A stretch of 64,000 nucleotides of DNA from the human T2T-CHM13v2.0 reference genome, Homo sapiens (GCF_009914755.1 NC_060938.1); one strand, 5' to 3'; positions 1 through 15,090 are shown, counted from the first letter of the stretch. Notes: generated by a model from the letters alone, not told the origin. Program-made: numbers and translations.

Positions 1-2483
1 TTTAAAAGCTTTTCAGAAAAAGGCACAGGTGGTTTTGCTGCAGAATTCTACAGATGTTTAAAAATAACTAAGACAATTCTACACAATCTTCTCCAGAAAA
101 TAAAAGAGGAAACACTTCTTAATTCATTTTGAGACGCTCACCAAAGCCAGAAAAAACAATACAAAAAATGAGAATGAAATCCACAGAACAATATGCCTCA
201 TAAATATAGATGCAAACATTTAAAAAAATTAGTAAACATAATTCAGCAACATATAAGAATTACACATCATAACCACTTTGGTTTTATTTCAGAGGTTTAA
301 GCCTGCTTCAACATGTGAAAATCAATAAATGTAATCCATCATATGAACAAGCTAAAGAAGAAAAACCATGTGATTGTATCAATTGATGCAGAAAAAAGCA
401 TTTGACAAAATTCAATACACATTTATAATAAAATTACTGTGAAAAAGAAATAAACTGGAACTTCTTCAACTTGATTAAAAAAATTCTACAACTAACATTA
501 TATAAAATGGGTATTAAAAAAAGGAATGTTAATGTTTTATCTCAGATTGAAAGCAATGCAAGGATGTATGCTCTCACCACTCTTTTTAAACATAGTAGTT
601 CTGGAAATGTTGGCAGGTTCAAGAAGGCAAAAAAAAAAAAAAAAAAAATCGTGTTTATTTACAAATGACTAGGAATCTACAGAAAAACTCCCCGAAGTGT
701 AAGTGGATTCAGCAAGGTCAAAGAATACAAGCTGAACGTTCAATAAAAAACAATTACATGTCTACATACTAGCAATGAATCTATGAGACCCCATAATAAA
801 AATGCAATGCAAATTCTAATCACTCAAATAAAATACTTAGGTGCAATTCTAAAAGAGACATGTACAGGACTTTTGTGTTAAACTACAAAATGCTGATTTA
901 ATAATGAAGATCTAAATAAATGGAAAGACGAACCATGTTAAAGGAAAGACTCAACATAGTAAAGATGTCAATTATCCCCAATTGATATACAGATTTGACA
1001 CAATTTTGATATGAAAATTCAAACAATAATTTTTGTAGATATAGACAAGATTAATCTGAAAATTTTTATAAAAGTACAAAAACACTAGAATTGCTGAAAC
1101 AATTTTGAAAGAGAAGAATAAAGTGGGAGGAATGAGCCTATCCAACTTCAAAATTTATTAGATAACCAGAGTAATCAAGATTGTGTGGTGCTGGTGAAGA
1201 GATAAACACACACATGCCTTAATGGAATAGTATAGAAAGGCCAGAAACAGACCACACAAACATGCCTAACTGATTTTTGCTAAAGATATTAATTCAATAG
1301 AGAAATAATAGCTTTTACAACAGAAAGTTCCAAAGCAATTGAACATCCACAGGTAACAGCAACAGCAACAGAATCCCTTGACATCAACCTCACACCTTGC
1401 ACAAAAAATTAACTCAAAATTTATCACAAACTGAATTCTAAAATGTAGAATTGCAACTTTTTAGGGAAAAATATAGAAAAAAAAACCTTTGGGAACTAGG
1501 GCTAGTTAAAGAATTCTTATACTTAAAAGCAAAAGGTGATCCATAAAGGAAAAAGTTACAAAGCCATCAGTTGAATTTCATCAAAATAAAAATGGTTTCC
1601 CTGCAAAAGGCATTTTTAATTTTAATCCTGTTAACAGAGGATTAAAAAACAAATCACAGACTGGGTGACAATATTTTCAAACCACATATCTCACGAAGGA
1701 CTATTACATAGAATAAATAAGGAACACAAAAAATCCAACAGTTTTAAACAAAAACAAAACAAAACCCATCCAATTAGAAAAATCCAATTATGTTTTATAG
1801 TAAAAGACATAAACAGAGAACCTATCCAAGATGATACACAAATGATATGTTAGCACATCAAAAGGTATTTAATTAATTTAACATCATTAGCCATTAAGGA
1901 ATTCCAAATTAAAACCACAATGAACTGTTACTACATATGTATCAGAATATTGACAACACCAAATGCTGACAAAGATTTGGAGAAACTAGGTCACTTACAT
2001 GTTGCTGGTGGGAATATAAGATGGTACAGCCACTTTGAAAACAATTTAGTGGTTTCTTTAAAAAGTAAACATGCAACTGTCATCCAACCCAGTGATCATA
2101 ATCCTGAGCATTTATTTCAGAGAAATGAAAACTTTTACTCACATAAAAATCTGCACATGAATGTTTATAGCAGCAGTATTTGTAATAGCCAAGAACTGAA
2201 AACAATCTAGATGTCCTACAATGAGTGAATGTTTAAACAAACTGTGGCATCTATGCCATTGCATGCTATTCAGCAAGAGTAAGGGAAAGAAAAATGGATA
2301 CATTCAGCCACCTGGATGAATCTCTAGAGAGTTATGCTAAAAATTTCCCAAAAGATTATATACTATATGATTCCATTTATATAACATTCTTGAAATGTCA
2401 AAATTATAGTTACAGGGAGCAGATTATTAGTTTCCTGGAATTAATGAGGAGATGGGGCAGAAGAAAGTGGTTGTGGCTAAAGG

Positions 2484-2484
<1 letters not shown>
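1..2484 (+). mobile_element. Old L1 (L1M, L1MC/MD-like): degenerate ORF2 RT to C-terminal region plus 3'UTR, running off the window start
   Basis: A-rich + strand with L1 ORF2 hallmarks (tcaataaatgtaatccatcat, gatgcagaaaaaagcatttgacaaaattcaa, attagccattaaggaattccaaattaaaaccacaatga) and an L1M-type 3'UTR (ttccatttatataacattcttgaaatg). No intact frame. Confidence 0.9.

Positions 2485-2486
<2 letters not shown>

Positions 2487-2533
<47 letters not shown>
2487..2533. repeat. (TA)n microsatellite
   Basis: About 23 pure TA units. Confidence 0.97.
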
Positions 2534-2536
<3 letters not shown>

Positions 2537-2646
2537 GGAACTGTGGCCAGGGGAATGAATGATTCCCAAGACTTTGCCTAGGACGTGGCCCAGAGGAAGA
2601 ACATATGAAACATTTATTAAGCAAATGAATGAATAAAATTATTTGA

Positions 2647-3088
<442 letters not shown>

Positions 3089-3116
3089 TGTTTTAAAATT
3101 TTTTACTGTTGTCCCT

Positions 3117-3149
3117 CCTTATCCATTCAGGATGCATTATATATATACA

Positions 3150-3200
<51 letters not shown>

Positions 3201-3296
3201 GCACACCTTATCCATTCAGGATGCATTATATATAAACACACACATATATACACACACACACACATATGCACACACACATATATATATATATATATT
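3117..3296. repeat. Compound (TA)/(CA) microsatellite with a duplicated 29-bp unique unit
   Basis: ccttatccattcaggatgcattatatata at 3117-3145 and 3206-3234, each followed by CA/TA runs. Confidence 0.92.
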
Positions 3297-3517
3297 TTTT
3301 AGACGGAGTCTCGCTGTCACCCAGGCTGGAGTGCAGTGGCATGATCTTGGATCACTGCAACCTCCGCCTTCTGGGTTCAAATAATTCTTGTGTCTCAGCC
3401 TCCCAAGTCACTGGGACTACAGGCGCCCGCCACCATGCCTGGCTAATTTTTGTATTTTTAGTAGAGATGGAGTTTTACCATATTGGTCAGGCTGGTCTCG
3501 AACTCCTGACTTCAAGT
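3295..3517 (-). mobile_element. AluS, 5'-truncated
   Basis: agacggagtctcgctgtcacccaggctggagtgcagtgg ... ggtctcgaactcctgacttcaagt, after which Alu homology stops. Confidence 0.9.
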
Positions 3518-5639
3518 TCCTTCATTTTTAAAGGAGGTGTTAGACTCTAAGGTCTCTTCTAACTTTATAAGTAAAAAATCCAAAGGTTTTCAAGTTGATC
3601 TAGTAGCCAATAATCATTATTAAGCATTGAGCTTGGTTTCTATTTGAGCTACAACTTGATTCAGAGATTGCCTCTATAGCTCTTCATTTACCCAATGCTA
3701 CCAAAATAGCTTTTAACATAATAGGCACTCACTTAAGTTTTTATTGATGTTTTATATAATTACTTTATCACAAGGTCAGTACTTCAGAACTAGCACTTCC
3801 TAAAGTAATTATCCATTCTCAGATGCACACCAAACTTAAATGCCAGTCTAAAAAATCTTTTTCTATGCTATGTAGTCCACCAGCTGTTTTAAGGCAATTA
3901 TGTGATGTTTAAATGTTCCATATTAATACTAATATAATTCAGCTTAAATGCATTTTAAAATTGTAACCATTTATAACTAATCTTATACAACTATATGGCA
4001 AATATGATAAGCATCCATATTATAGAAGATAGGAATTTGTAGAGACCATCAGGCTGCAGATAACAGCTTATTGGTCTGAAAATCAAATCTCTAATGCTTA
4101 AAGAAGCCAGGAAATGCTTAAAGAGTTCTAATTTTCTCAGAAAATTTTTCTCTGATTTTCAAAGTAGAAAGTTCTTCATAGTGCTTGGTAGTTTTAATGG
4201 ATATTTTTAATGACCCTCAGATACCTGGTGAAGTTGTAGAACTAGTGTCTGTTTAGGAGTTAGAGACACTTTGGCTTAATTTTGCCTAGTTTATATCTGC
4301 CTTTGTCTTCAAATTATGGATTTGTTATTTAATACAGTGGTCTTGAGGAATTAAACACAGATGCCACATGGTCTATGAGTTTAGGTTGTGGGCTTATACT
4401 CAAAAAAGTACCCCCTGCAATACTCCTTATGCAATGTCAACAGACTCATTCTCTATAATGCTATACAGCTTATTTACTTGTTTTTAGAGTTCATTGGTGG
4501 TCAGAGGCAGAAATCACTAGAAGACATTACTCTGATAGCAGCAAGAATGTCCAGAAAATTTTCTAGCAGTATGGGAAAAAAAGCAATAAAACTTACAGGT
4601 ACTACCTCAGTCTCACTCAGATCTTACTTATCGATGGAAATGTTGAATCAATAGCTCCTTCTGTCAAATGACAGAACCCCAGTCCCCACCCCCATTCTCC
4701 TCTGCTTTTCCCTGGGATGCCCTGGAGATATGAGTGAGGGTGGGGTGGACTATTCGTATTTGAAATCAGCTAACTGAACCTCTTTGGATTCTCTACTCCA
4801 AGTGCTTCCCCTGAGACTCTATTCTTAGCCAATGTCTGCTGTTGCTTTATTGGCCCCATTGACACTGCCTGCTATCACTCTCTGGCCTACTAACTACTCT
4901 CTGTTCATAGTTTGCTGGCCATATTGCACCCCACAGTATTCCACAGTTATGACATTCTATAGGTCAAGAGACATGATCAAATCCGAGAATTCCCAGGGCT
5001 GAGAAAAAAGAGTTACAAAATTTGATTCTCTTTGTTGATTGCAGGCAGGCTTCACTTCAAATATCATAGCCCCAATTTTTTTTCAAACAAAATATCTATT
5101 AACCTCATGAAAATAGGAGAACCAATAATATAACTGGAGAGTGTTGAAGTAGATCATTCAATTCTACTTGCTATAATGTATAAGCCAGAGGTCTGAACTA
5201 CCCAGAACCACTAAACATATAACTGAGAAAGTGTAAGATCTCAAAAATTATAAAAGCCTGAGACCCTTTAATGAAGAAGGAAATGGTCTATCCACCTCAA
5301 ATTTTCTTTCAGGTATTACAGTAATACTGCATTAGTGTTGTAAATATCATGATAATAAAAAAGCAATAAATATTTAAATCATTTGTCATTTCTTTTTATA
5401 AATTCACAGCAGTATATAATCTTTTCAGGAATAAATTTCAATTAAAATGGTTAAAACAAAAACGATTTGATCCTAAAGTGTAAGCCTCAGGTAACTTGGA
5501 AATTTGCATGGAAGTTCTTCATTCTTTGTAACAGATGCATAAATAAGATCCCATTGAAATCAGTGCTGTTAAAAGACCTATAAATGCTCACAATTATAGT
5601 AATTTTTATAATGTTCTTTGATAGCCTAAATATCCAGTG

Positions 5640-5815
5640 CTCAGTGCTAGGCTTGGTACATACATTATCTCAAATACAACAATTCTGTAGTGTGATGAGT
5701 TAACTGAGGTTCAGAATGGTGGAGTGATTTACCAAAGGTCATACTGGAGAGACAAAATTTGAACACTATTTTTTGTATGGGTTCAAAACCTTATTCTTTT
5801 TCATTTTCACCACAC
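5640..5815 (-). mobile_element. MIR SINE fragment
   Basis: MIR core-like gatgagttaactgaggttcaga...gatttaccaaaggtcatac. Confidence 0.6.
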
Positions 5816-6083
5816 TATAATACTAGATTCCTCTTGCCTAGCCAAGGCAAGATGAATCTGAGATTTATGAAAGATTATTAGAATGATTACAACAAGCTAT
5901 ATTCCTTCATCATTTCCTACCAGTGGGAGGAGGAAGTATGACAAACAGGTGAGAAAAATATGGGGATATATTTGCTCAGTAAAACCTTGGAGATATTTGG
6001 ATACTTGCCGTAGAACTTTGTTTCCTGCCTCAAAGTGTAGTTTCTTTTTGCTACAAAATTTATCTTTAAAGAGAGTCATTGTA

Positions 6084-6407
<324 letters not shown>

Positions 6408-6564
6408 CTAGCTAGACCATGAACAAAGTGAACAGCTTAAAATATTTGAGTGATACTGTCTTTCTGTTTTCTTTGTCTTAAGAAAAATGAAAGAGCCAAA
6501 AAGGTGTGATAGTCTATTCATCCTTCTTACACTGTACATAAAAGAACACATAGTGGGACTCAAC

Positions 6565-6875
6565 ACCCTGCAGTATGTTCAGAAGAGAATGATTTGGTTG
6601 ATGGAATGAGCTAAAACCCTACCAAGCATCAAAGAACTAGAAATCTCCAGCAGAGGGAGTGGTGTCCTTTCAGTCGTCTTCCAATAGTGAGAAATTCTTA
6701 TGCTAAAAAGCCTTAGCCTTCCTCTCTGTGGTCTGAGAGGCCAGAAATAGAATGGAAGTTAGAAGGTAGACCTCTTCTCTCCACAAGAATGAGTTTCCTT
6801 ACAATTTAGCCATATAAAATTTATATCATTGTCTCATAAGGTGGTAGAATCCTTACCACTGAGGAACTCAGGTGT
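6565..6875 (+). mobile_element. L3/CR1 LINE 3' fragment
   Basis: Resembles the L3 3' consensus: atgttcagaagagaatga...tctgtggtctgagaggccagaaatagaatggaagttagaaggtagac...ggtagaatccttaccactgagg. Confidence 0.65.
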
Positions 6876-7126
6876 TTGTACTCACATACTGGGTGAGTAT
6901 TATTAATACTTGGGGAATAGTAGACCATTGGTTTCAATGTAGGTTTTTATTGAGTTTTCTGCTCCCTCTTCTTATCTTCCTTCTCCTCAGAATAAAATCT
7001 TACCTGGAATGCTAATCCTGTATATAAATCAGGTAAATGTGATATTTCTCAAGCTGGATTAGGGCTGAAGCATCATTGAGGAACCACAGAGCTCCATGAA
7101 ACACAGCTTGAAAACCACTAAAAATT

Positions 7127-7351
<225 letters not shown>

Positions 7352-7393
<42 letters not shown>
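7352..7393. repeat. (CA)n microsatellite, about 21 units
   Basis: Pure AC run at the Alu tail. Confidence 0.97.
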
Positions 7394-7394
<1 letters not shown>

Positions 7395-8559
7395 AAATTA
7401 AGCTTTGGATGGGAACTAGATATTTATGAGCCACCTTACTCTTCTGAGAATCTGAGTGAATGGAAACTTTAGATGTAGTGATGTTGACCTTCTAAACCTC
7501 AAACCTGAATTTGAACAAGGCAAACAATCTTAAATACTCAGTCTGTTTCTTCTCTCTCTTTTCTCTGTGTCTTAATGGAGCTGAAGGAGGCCAACAAGAA
7601 GATTATCATGGAGATTTTATTTAACATCACCTCTCTCCCTGTTTTCACCCCCATCCCCATTTTACCAAAAGAAACAAGTGTGACAAACAGGTGAAAAACA
7701 AGGAGACTTGCTTGACTATTGCAGTGCTAGAGTCTGACTGCCAGGCTTCTTCAGAACTTTCTTCCATGCTCCAAAGTGTTTGCTATTGCTACAAATGTTG
7801 TCTTGAGAAACAATCATTTTATATTGCCTTTATAATGGAATTTTGAAAGGTTTTCAACCGTCTTTTGAAAATTGAAGCTGGGTAAGGATTTTCTGTTTGG
7901 GGTGGAGGAAACTAAGTCTTTTAAAACTTATTTTACCTAAATAAAAGTTCTATGACTACTACATTTCATTTACTCATCCTCCCAAAGGTCTATTTACTTC
8001 CAAATGTCATCTCTAAATTATAAATCTTCAAGGATTCTCATTAGTTGTGTTCCCTGCAGCTCCATGGTGCCTGTTAAGTTGAATTATAATTTTAAAGAAT
8101 GACAGGTTGGAATTGAACTTTTTTTTCTTTTTTTTAGCATGGATCAACACAGAGTTCTTTCTGAAACCACCAGAGTAGGTAGAATTGAAACTTTGGCACC
8201 TACCACAACTTAAGTTGCTTTGTCAAGTCAGGTCTGGTTCCAGAGTATGATCTACTTCCTCCTTTTCTCAAAAGTAAGGCCACTCTAAAAGTTAAGTTTG
8301 TCAGAGCCTGGATGGCCAAGGATCAGATCCTGGATCCTACCTCTATGAGTCCTTAAGAGTTTCTGGGTACATTTGGCCGTACTGTATGTTATTTTACTAG
8401 GAGAAACCTTACTCTATTTCTAGACAAGTAGTGAGCCATTGATCTGTATTTATTGTTTAGCAAATATTTAATGAATGCATTGATATCATACTGGCGTTAG
8501 GGCATATCCCCTGGACTAATGGAAATAAATTTCACAAGTGACTGTTTTATTAAAATTAG

Positions 8560-8561
8560 AA

Positions 8562-8593
<32 letters not shown>

Positions 8594-8594
8594 A
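8560..8594. repeat. (TA)n(TG)n microsatellite
   Basis: Direct reading. Confidence 0.9.
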
Positions 8595-8849
8595 TTAGGT
8601 TGATAATGATAATGATGATGTTTACATGTACCTTAGACTTCTCTTTCAGTCAACCGAAAAAAAAGTGGACTCTTTCACTAACAAGATAGAAACTGGAAAA
8701 ATGAAATTTCCAGGCCCTATACTCTAGAAAGACATTTTTTAATCCTCCCTATACAGCAGGTGTGATAAATTGTATTCATCCAAACTTATGATGATCCAGC
8801 TGATTATCATCTAGTGGAGATTGCTCCCATAACTTGGGCACTAATGTGA

Positions 8850-9070
8850 TAATAACTGTTACCATTTATGGAATGTTCATATTTTATTATCTGTATGCAT
8901 TATCTAATTTAATTACAGCAATTATAGTAAATGATTTTATTATCCCTATTTTACAGATGAATAAATAGAGATCCAAGGGTCATAGTATTTGCCCCAAATC
9001 ACAAAACCACCAATGTCAAGAGTTAGTTGTGCTTGGTTCCAAAACCCAAGTTCTTTCTGTGGTATTGCCT
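8850..9070 (-). mobile_element. MIR SINE
   Basis: ttattatccctattttacagatgaataaa...tttgccccaaatcaca core. Confidence 0.8.
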
Positions 9071-10509
9071 GGCTCACACTGCCCTTCTCATGCCTTTGGA
9101 ATAAATCAAGACCTCATAATTGAGCAGGTGTGAATGTTGTTCAACTAGTGGCTATGCTGCGGAGGGAAATTTTTTATTTTAATTTTTAAATTTTTGTGGG
9201 TTGAGGGGAAAAATTTATGAGAGATTGTACTACTGCTCTATTGGATCAGGAATCAATGCAGGTTCAGAGTCTCCCAGAGTACAATTCTATGTTTCCTCAT
9301 GACCTGAAGAATAATCTGTGCTTAATGTTTACTGATGGTGTTGAAAAAGCCTCCAGTCACTCTATTCCTAGAGTGTTATTGTGAAAAGTTTCTTGACATG
9401 CTTTGCTAGAGTTTGTTAAGAACCAAGGGAGATCCCGGACTGTAGGAAATAACATTTTCCTTCAATTAAAAGACAGAAATACTTCTAGATCATTTATAAA
9501 AGATGTCTGGTAACTTCCAAGAAGCACATCTTACCTCAAGGGCTGAGATTTAATCTGTTGGAGGGAATATTCCAAAGTAAAGTTGTCAGCACCTGCTAGT
9601 TAAACCCTACATTTTGAAATGGTGGAAAACATCCATATTGACATAAGAATTTTGTCTCTGAATCCTGTAGACTTTATCAACTTAATTTAGCACAATTAAT
9701 GCAGATCATCCCTTATGGATGGGCCTTAGTTCATGAATTATTTGGTTTGTAATGAGCTTTTTCAAATGACGAGAGACGCTTTGTGTTGAGCTTGCATCTT
9801 TGCCATCAATACAGCAAATTGCCCATCATTCATTAGGGCCCCATGCAACTTCCAAGTCAACAGGGAATAGAACAGAGGAAACACAGGACTGAAGGGGAAA
9901 AGTATATTGAGGAGTAGAGTTTTCAAGTTTCTGCTTGTGCAAGTTAACCTTTCACAAGGATTGAAGCCAACTAAAATTATGTATAACGAAATCCAATTCT
10001 CCTCTCCCTCTATCCTTGAATTAGAGGTATAATTAAAATTTCATCAGAAAAACAAAAGCAAAAAACTCCACCTGAGATTTTAGAATACTGTTGCTGTTAT
10101 TTTTATCTCCTAACTTTAACTGAGCGTCCCCTTTGGATAATATTTATCCCTTGATATTCTTCTTAGTACTCTGAAAAACCACAGAGATGCCCCCCCCAGT
10201 CTAAAAGACAACAGCTCTACCTGAACAATCCAGGCAATGAAGAAAAAATAACAAATAATGACAAAAACATCTACCTTGGTTTAGTTTTGAATTTTGCATC
10301 AGTCTGGATGTTTGTTGTTAGGTGTTTGTTCACATTTAATAGACATTGTTTGTATCCCATAGATAGATTTGCTAGGTTTGGACTCAGCATATAGATTCAT
10401 TTATTTGTTTTTTCATAGACTCAATCTATGAGGTAGCTATGATGATTATTAGCCCCATTACAAAGATGAAGAAGCTGTAATTTAGTAGTAAGTGATTTCC
10501 TTAAAGCAT

Positions 10510-10896
10510 TGTATTAGTCCTTTCTCACACTGCTACAAAAAACTGCCTGAGACTGGGTAATTTATTTAAAAAAGGAGGTTTAATTGACTCACAGTTCTGC
10601 ATGGCTGGGGAGGCCTCAGGAAACTTAAAATCGTGGCAGAAGGGGAAGCAGGCACATCTTACATGGCAGCAAGTGAGAGAGCATGTGAAGGAAGCGAAGG
10701 GGAAAGAGCCCCTTATAAAACCATCAGATCTCATGAAAACTCTCTCACTACCATGAGAACAGCATCAGGGAAACTACCCCCATGATCCAATCACCTCCCT
10801 GCCTTGACACCTGGGGATTACAGATCCCTTCCTCAACATGTGAGGATTACAATTTGAGATGAGATTTGGGTAGGGACACAGAACCAAACCATATCA
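10510..10896 (-). mobile_element. THE1 (THE1D-like) MaLR solo LTR inserted in a MIR
   Basis: Termini tgtattagtc...ccaaaccatatca. Perfect 5-bp TSD agcat (10505-10509 and 10897-10901). MIR sequence on both flanks. Confidence 0.92.
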
Positions 10897-11086
10897 AGCA
10901 TGTTCCCCCAAAGTTTTACAGCTGGGATTTTTAATCCACTGTTTCAAATTACCTAAAGTTGGTTACATTTGGAAGAAGATATAGTGGTGGTATAGTCAGA
11001 AAAGGGACAATTGAAGTGTAGTCTGCCACCATCGGCTTGACTAGCTGTTACTGGATGGAGGATAACTTTGTTCAAAATTAGTTAAC

Positions 11087-11110
11087 TCTTTCAGGATATA
11101 TAGCCTGAGA

Positions 11111-11157
<47 letters not shown>

Positions 11158-11277
11158 AGATATAGATACAGATATATATCTTGAGATATAGATATATATC
11201 CTGAGATATAGATATATATATCCTGACATATAGATATATCCTGAAAGATATAAATCCTGCATATATATATATATATG
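11087..11277. repeat. (TATC)n STR plus about 20-bp cctgagatatagatatatat minisatellite and (TA)n, quasi-palindromic
   Basis: About 11 TATC units, then 4-5 degenerate (t)cctgagatatagatatata units. A 15-bp inverted repeat at 11087-11101 and 11234-11248. Confidence 0.9.
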
Positions 11278-11424
11278 TACAAACTTCTCATGAAAATTTT
11301 TAAGCTCTCAAGTATTTGACCTCTGAAGATTTTTCCAGAATTAACTTTTTGAAAATATTCCCATATGTATTCCCACTTTAGCTTAATTGCAATGGAATTC
11401 TTACTATTATTATGACATTTGGGT

Positions 11425-11635
11425 CATGCCTTGTGCCTTTGTTCATGGTGCCACTTATGTAAATTTTTCACATCCTTAAGTGCTAAAATGCCACTTTCTC
11501 TGTGAATCCTTCCTTGATATTCTGTCACAATTAAATACTCTCTCATTTAAGTGCTTTCATCGAGTTATGTATATTATTATGTCATCTCCCTGTATTTGAG
11601 TTAGTTATTACAAACTCCTTGAAGGCCAGTCCTTT
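11425..11635 (+). mobile_element. L2 fragment
   Basis: gcctttgttcatggtg...ctttctctgtgaatccttcc...aaactccttgaaggcc. Confidence 0.55.
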
Positions 11636-12289
11636 TTCTCTTCCAAACATTTTTACTAGTTTTTAAATAAGACAGAAAAACAGGAACAAAATGTGAAATA
11701 ATTGAATAGAAAGAGAGATTTTTTTTTCTTTTTTAACTTAGGCATCAAAGGAAGAAAAAACTTCATGGAGGAGAACTCATGTAGCACACTTTTCTCTATT
11801 TTCATCATTCTTAAAAATAAAGATTTCCTCTTCTCCATTTGCCTTTTGAAAATAAATGTTGAAAAGTTTTTTGCTTGGTGAATGAGATCTAATTATGTGC
11901 TAGTAATTTCTTGAAAGAGGCAAGAGTTTACTGGGTCTCCTGATATTGACTAGCATTTGGGTCTCTTGTGCAGTCACACTCAGGACCCCAGTGTGAACAC
12001 CACTGTGCTCGTAGATAATTGGATCTGTGTTCAGAGTTTGATATATCTGCCCAGAGAGGATTGGCTTAAAGTCAGAGGCAAAGTTTAAAATAGTAAAAGT
12101 AGAAGGAGTAAAGTAAGAGGACAGGTTTTTTGTTTTTCTTTTTTGAGTTGTTAATTGAATCATTACAAATGCCATTTTGAAACAGGGAAGGTATTGTGTA
12201 TAATTGCAAGCATTAAAAAGAGCAATAAATGTTACAGCACCTCTTTTAGACATGAATATTGAGAGCTGTTAACAGAATTTCACAAGTGG

Positions 12290-12790
12290 AAGATTCATCC
12301 AAATGTATTTGAACATTTGCATGGTTGCCTTGTGCCTGGCAGTGTCTTGAGTTTGAAGAAATCTTACCTACAAAAGGTTGGGATCTGTTGTGGGAGGAGA
12401 GATCATGCAAAAATTGGAGGGGTTGACATAGATGTCTGGAAGCACCAAGGAGGGAACAAATAACTCTCTCCAAAGAAATCTGGTAAGGCTTCACCTCAGA
12501 GGTGACATCTGCCTGGCCAAGAAAAAAATAGTGAAGCAGAGCATGTTATGCAAAGGGTACAGGCTATGCTCAGCTTCGGAGGTGTTAAAAGGTGGGGTGT
12601 GTTCAGGAATAGTGAATAATCCAGTGTAGTAAGATGCAGTGCTGGCAGCCGTGTTTCCTGAAGTGAGGCTGGAAATGTAAGGTAGGGAGGGATGATGAAG
12701 AGTCGTCTATCCTGTGACAAGAGGTTTGAACATTATCCCAGGTAATAAAGCCTTTAAAAGGGAATTTAGTGCAGGAGGGGAGCGTAGTAC
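12290..12790 (-). mobile_element. L2 fragment
   Basis: Purine-rich antisense L2: aaggcttcacctcagaggtgacatctg, gtgtgttcaggaatagtgaataatccagtgt, gaggtttgaacattatcc. Confidence 0.7.
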
Positions 12791-14423
12791 AACCATATAC
12801 CATTATATCTTATAAGGACTTTTTATTATTTCAGTCCCTTAGGACTAAATTTACAAGCATGAAAACAACCATCTAAATTAAAAGGAAGTGTCAATGCTTT
12901 AAGGCCAGAGGAACCATCAACCAAATAACTAGCAGCATTGTTTAGGGTGAAATAAATCAGGTCCTGTCCCTGAGTGGGTTTGCCATTCTCTTCCAGTTTT
13001 TCCCATGAGTACAGATTGTAAGCTTTCTGGAGAATTATTTCCGCAATTAAAATGCTAGAGTCAGTGCTAAATTATTTAAACCTCAATAATTGCTTGATGA
13101 CTAGTAATTGTGGACTTTGGGAACTTTTGCAGAGTTAAATATAAGGATTCTGAAAGGTCATTAAAATTCCCTAATGTTTTTCCCCACGCGTGCAAGGCTT
13201 TTGAGTCTTTACACCTCAAGTCTTAAGCAGGAAAAGAGCAATGAATACTTTTTTGGAGGCTTACTAGAATGATCAAATCTGTCTAAGATGTTATAATGAA
13301 ATCTGTGTAAAGCTCATTCTTACTCTGGAAAGGGGCCACATCTCTTACCACAATGGACTGATGAATGCACAGCTTAATTAGCAACTCCGCCTCCAGTGGG
13401 AGATCAGCAACTTTTCAAAATATCTTTGTTCAATGTCATTTTTTCCCCAGCCCTTTGACTAAACAGATAAATATTAAAATTCATTTTCCCCCCTCCCTCT
13501 GTGTCTTTCTTCAAGGGTCTTTTCTTTTTTGTGTTATCTCCCTCTCATAACATGGACTGTTCATCTTGAGATTCTAGTTGGAAGAACAGGAGGATTCTGG
13601 CAGGGTTAGAAGTTGTCTCTTCTGACTTCTCTATTTCAACTTCACTTAAAAAGTCAAAGGTGTAGGTGCAGATTTGAGGAATAGAATTAAGGGTTTGAAA
13701 CATGGGCTTTAGCAGGCTTTTCTCTTTGGTTCTCCTTCTGGTCTCTAAGGAAGTAAGAAAGTGTGAATTTTGAGATGTTTTTCAACCCAATCATTTACCC
13801 AATTGATACAGAAATAAAATTAGGTTAAAAAACCAGACAAACAAACTGATCACAAAATTCTATCTATATCTTTTGAATGTAAAATATTTAATAAACCAAA
13901 AGGATTAAACTCATTAAATGAAAAATGAATGGAGGAAGCATTCATAAAAGGGCATTATACAAACTGCGGGGATAGACAAGAGAAGTAACTAATCCCACAA
14001 CGTTTCTTTTTTTATTTATTTTTTTAACCCTGATAAGAGATATAAATAAGGAGAAAAATTCAAGCTTTTTCTATGTATAAAACTTCCTTTAAAGAAGCCA
14101 GAAGAACATTTCTTCCTTCTCTACAGGCTGAGTTGAAGTGGGGAAGAGGCAATAGCTTAGCTCTGGGAGTGGGCTCTTCATTTTTCTACAATCCGGGTAG
14201 GGTGAGGTGGGGTTGTACTATTAGTGTTATTTTTGTTTCCTGAAGTTCCTACTTTTTGCACCTGGTGAATAGGGCTTAAGTTGTACTTCATTGCTATTAT
14301 TTGAACACTAAATATTATTTTTGTAGTAATTACATCTTTTAGTGCATTCATAAATGGTCTAAAATGATTACTGTGGAACTCATTTTACTGCCAAGATTAA
14401 ATTTATAAGCAATATGCTAAGCA

Positions 14424-14530
14424 ACTCAATTCAACAAATATTTATTGAGTGCTTCCTCTTTATTAGTACTGGAGTTAGATCAATGAATAAGAAAATGGTC
14501 CTACTTGCAAGGAGGTCACAGCCTGGTAAG
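14424..14530 (-). mobile_element. L2 3' end
   Basis: attcaacaaatatttattgagtgc...atgaataaga. Confidence 0.7.
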
Positions 14531-14701
14531 ATCAAGGAAGAATTGTCGAAAAGAGCCAAACTAAATGCAATGAACTCTGTAAGTATGTAGGGGAATGTAG
14601 ATCCTAGAAACCATTTTTCGTTTTCTTTTGAGGTTAAAAATGAATGCTTTTTGGGGCAAACTTAATTATCAGATGGCATGGGACAGCTACAAGCTAATTT
14701 T

Positions 14702-15002
<301 letters not shown>

Positions 15003-15090
15003 TAATTTTGATATTAGGTTAATATTAGGTTTAAAAGAAAATCTTACATTCTAAATATAGAAATTGAGATTTTTCCCCAGAAGGAAAATG

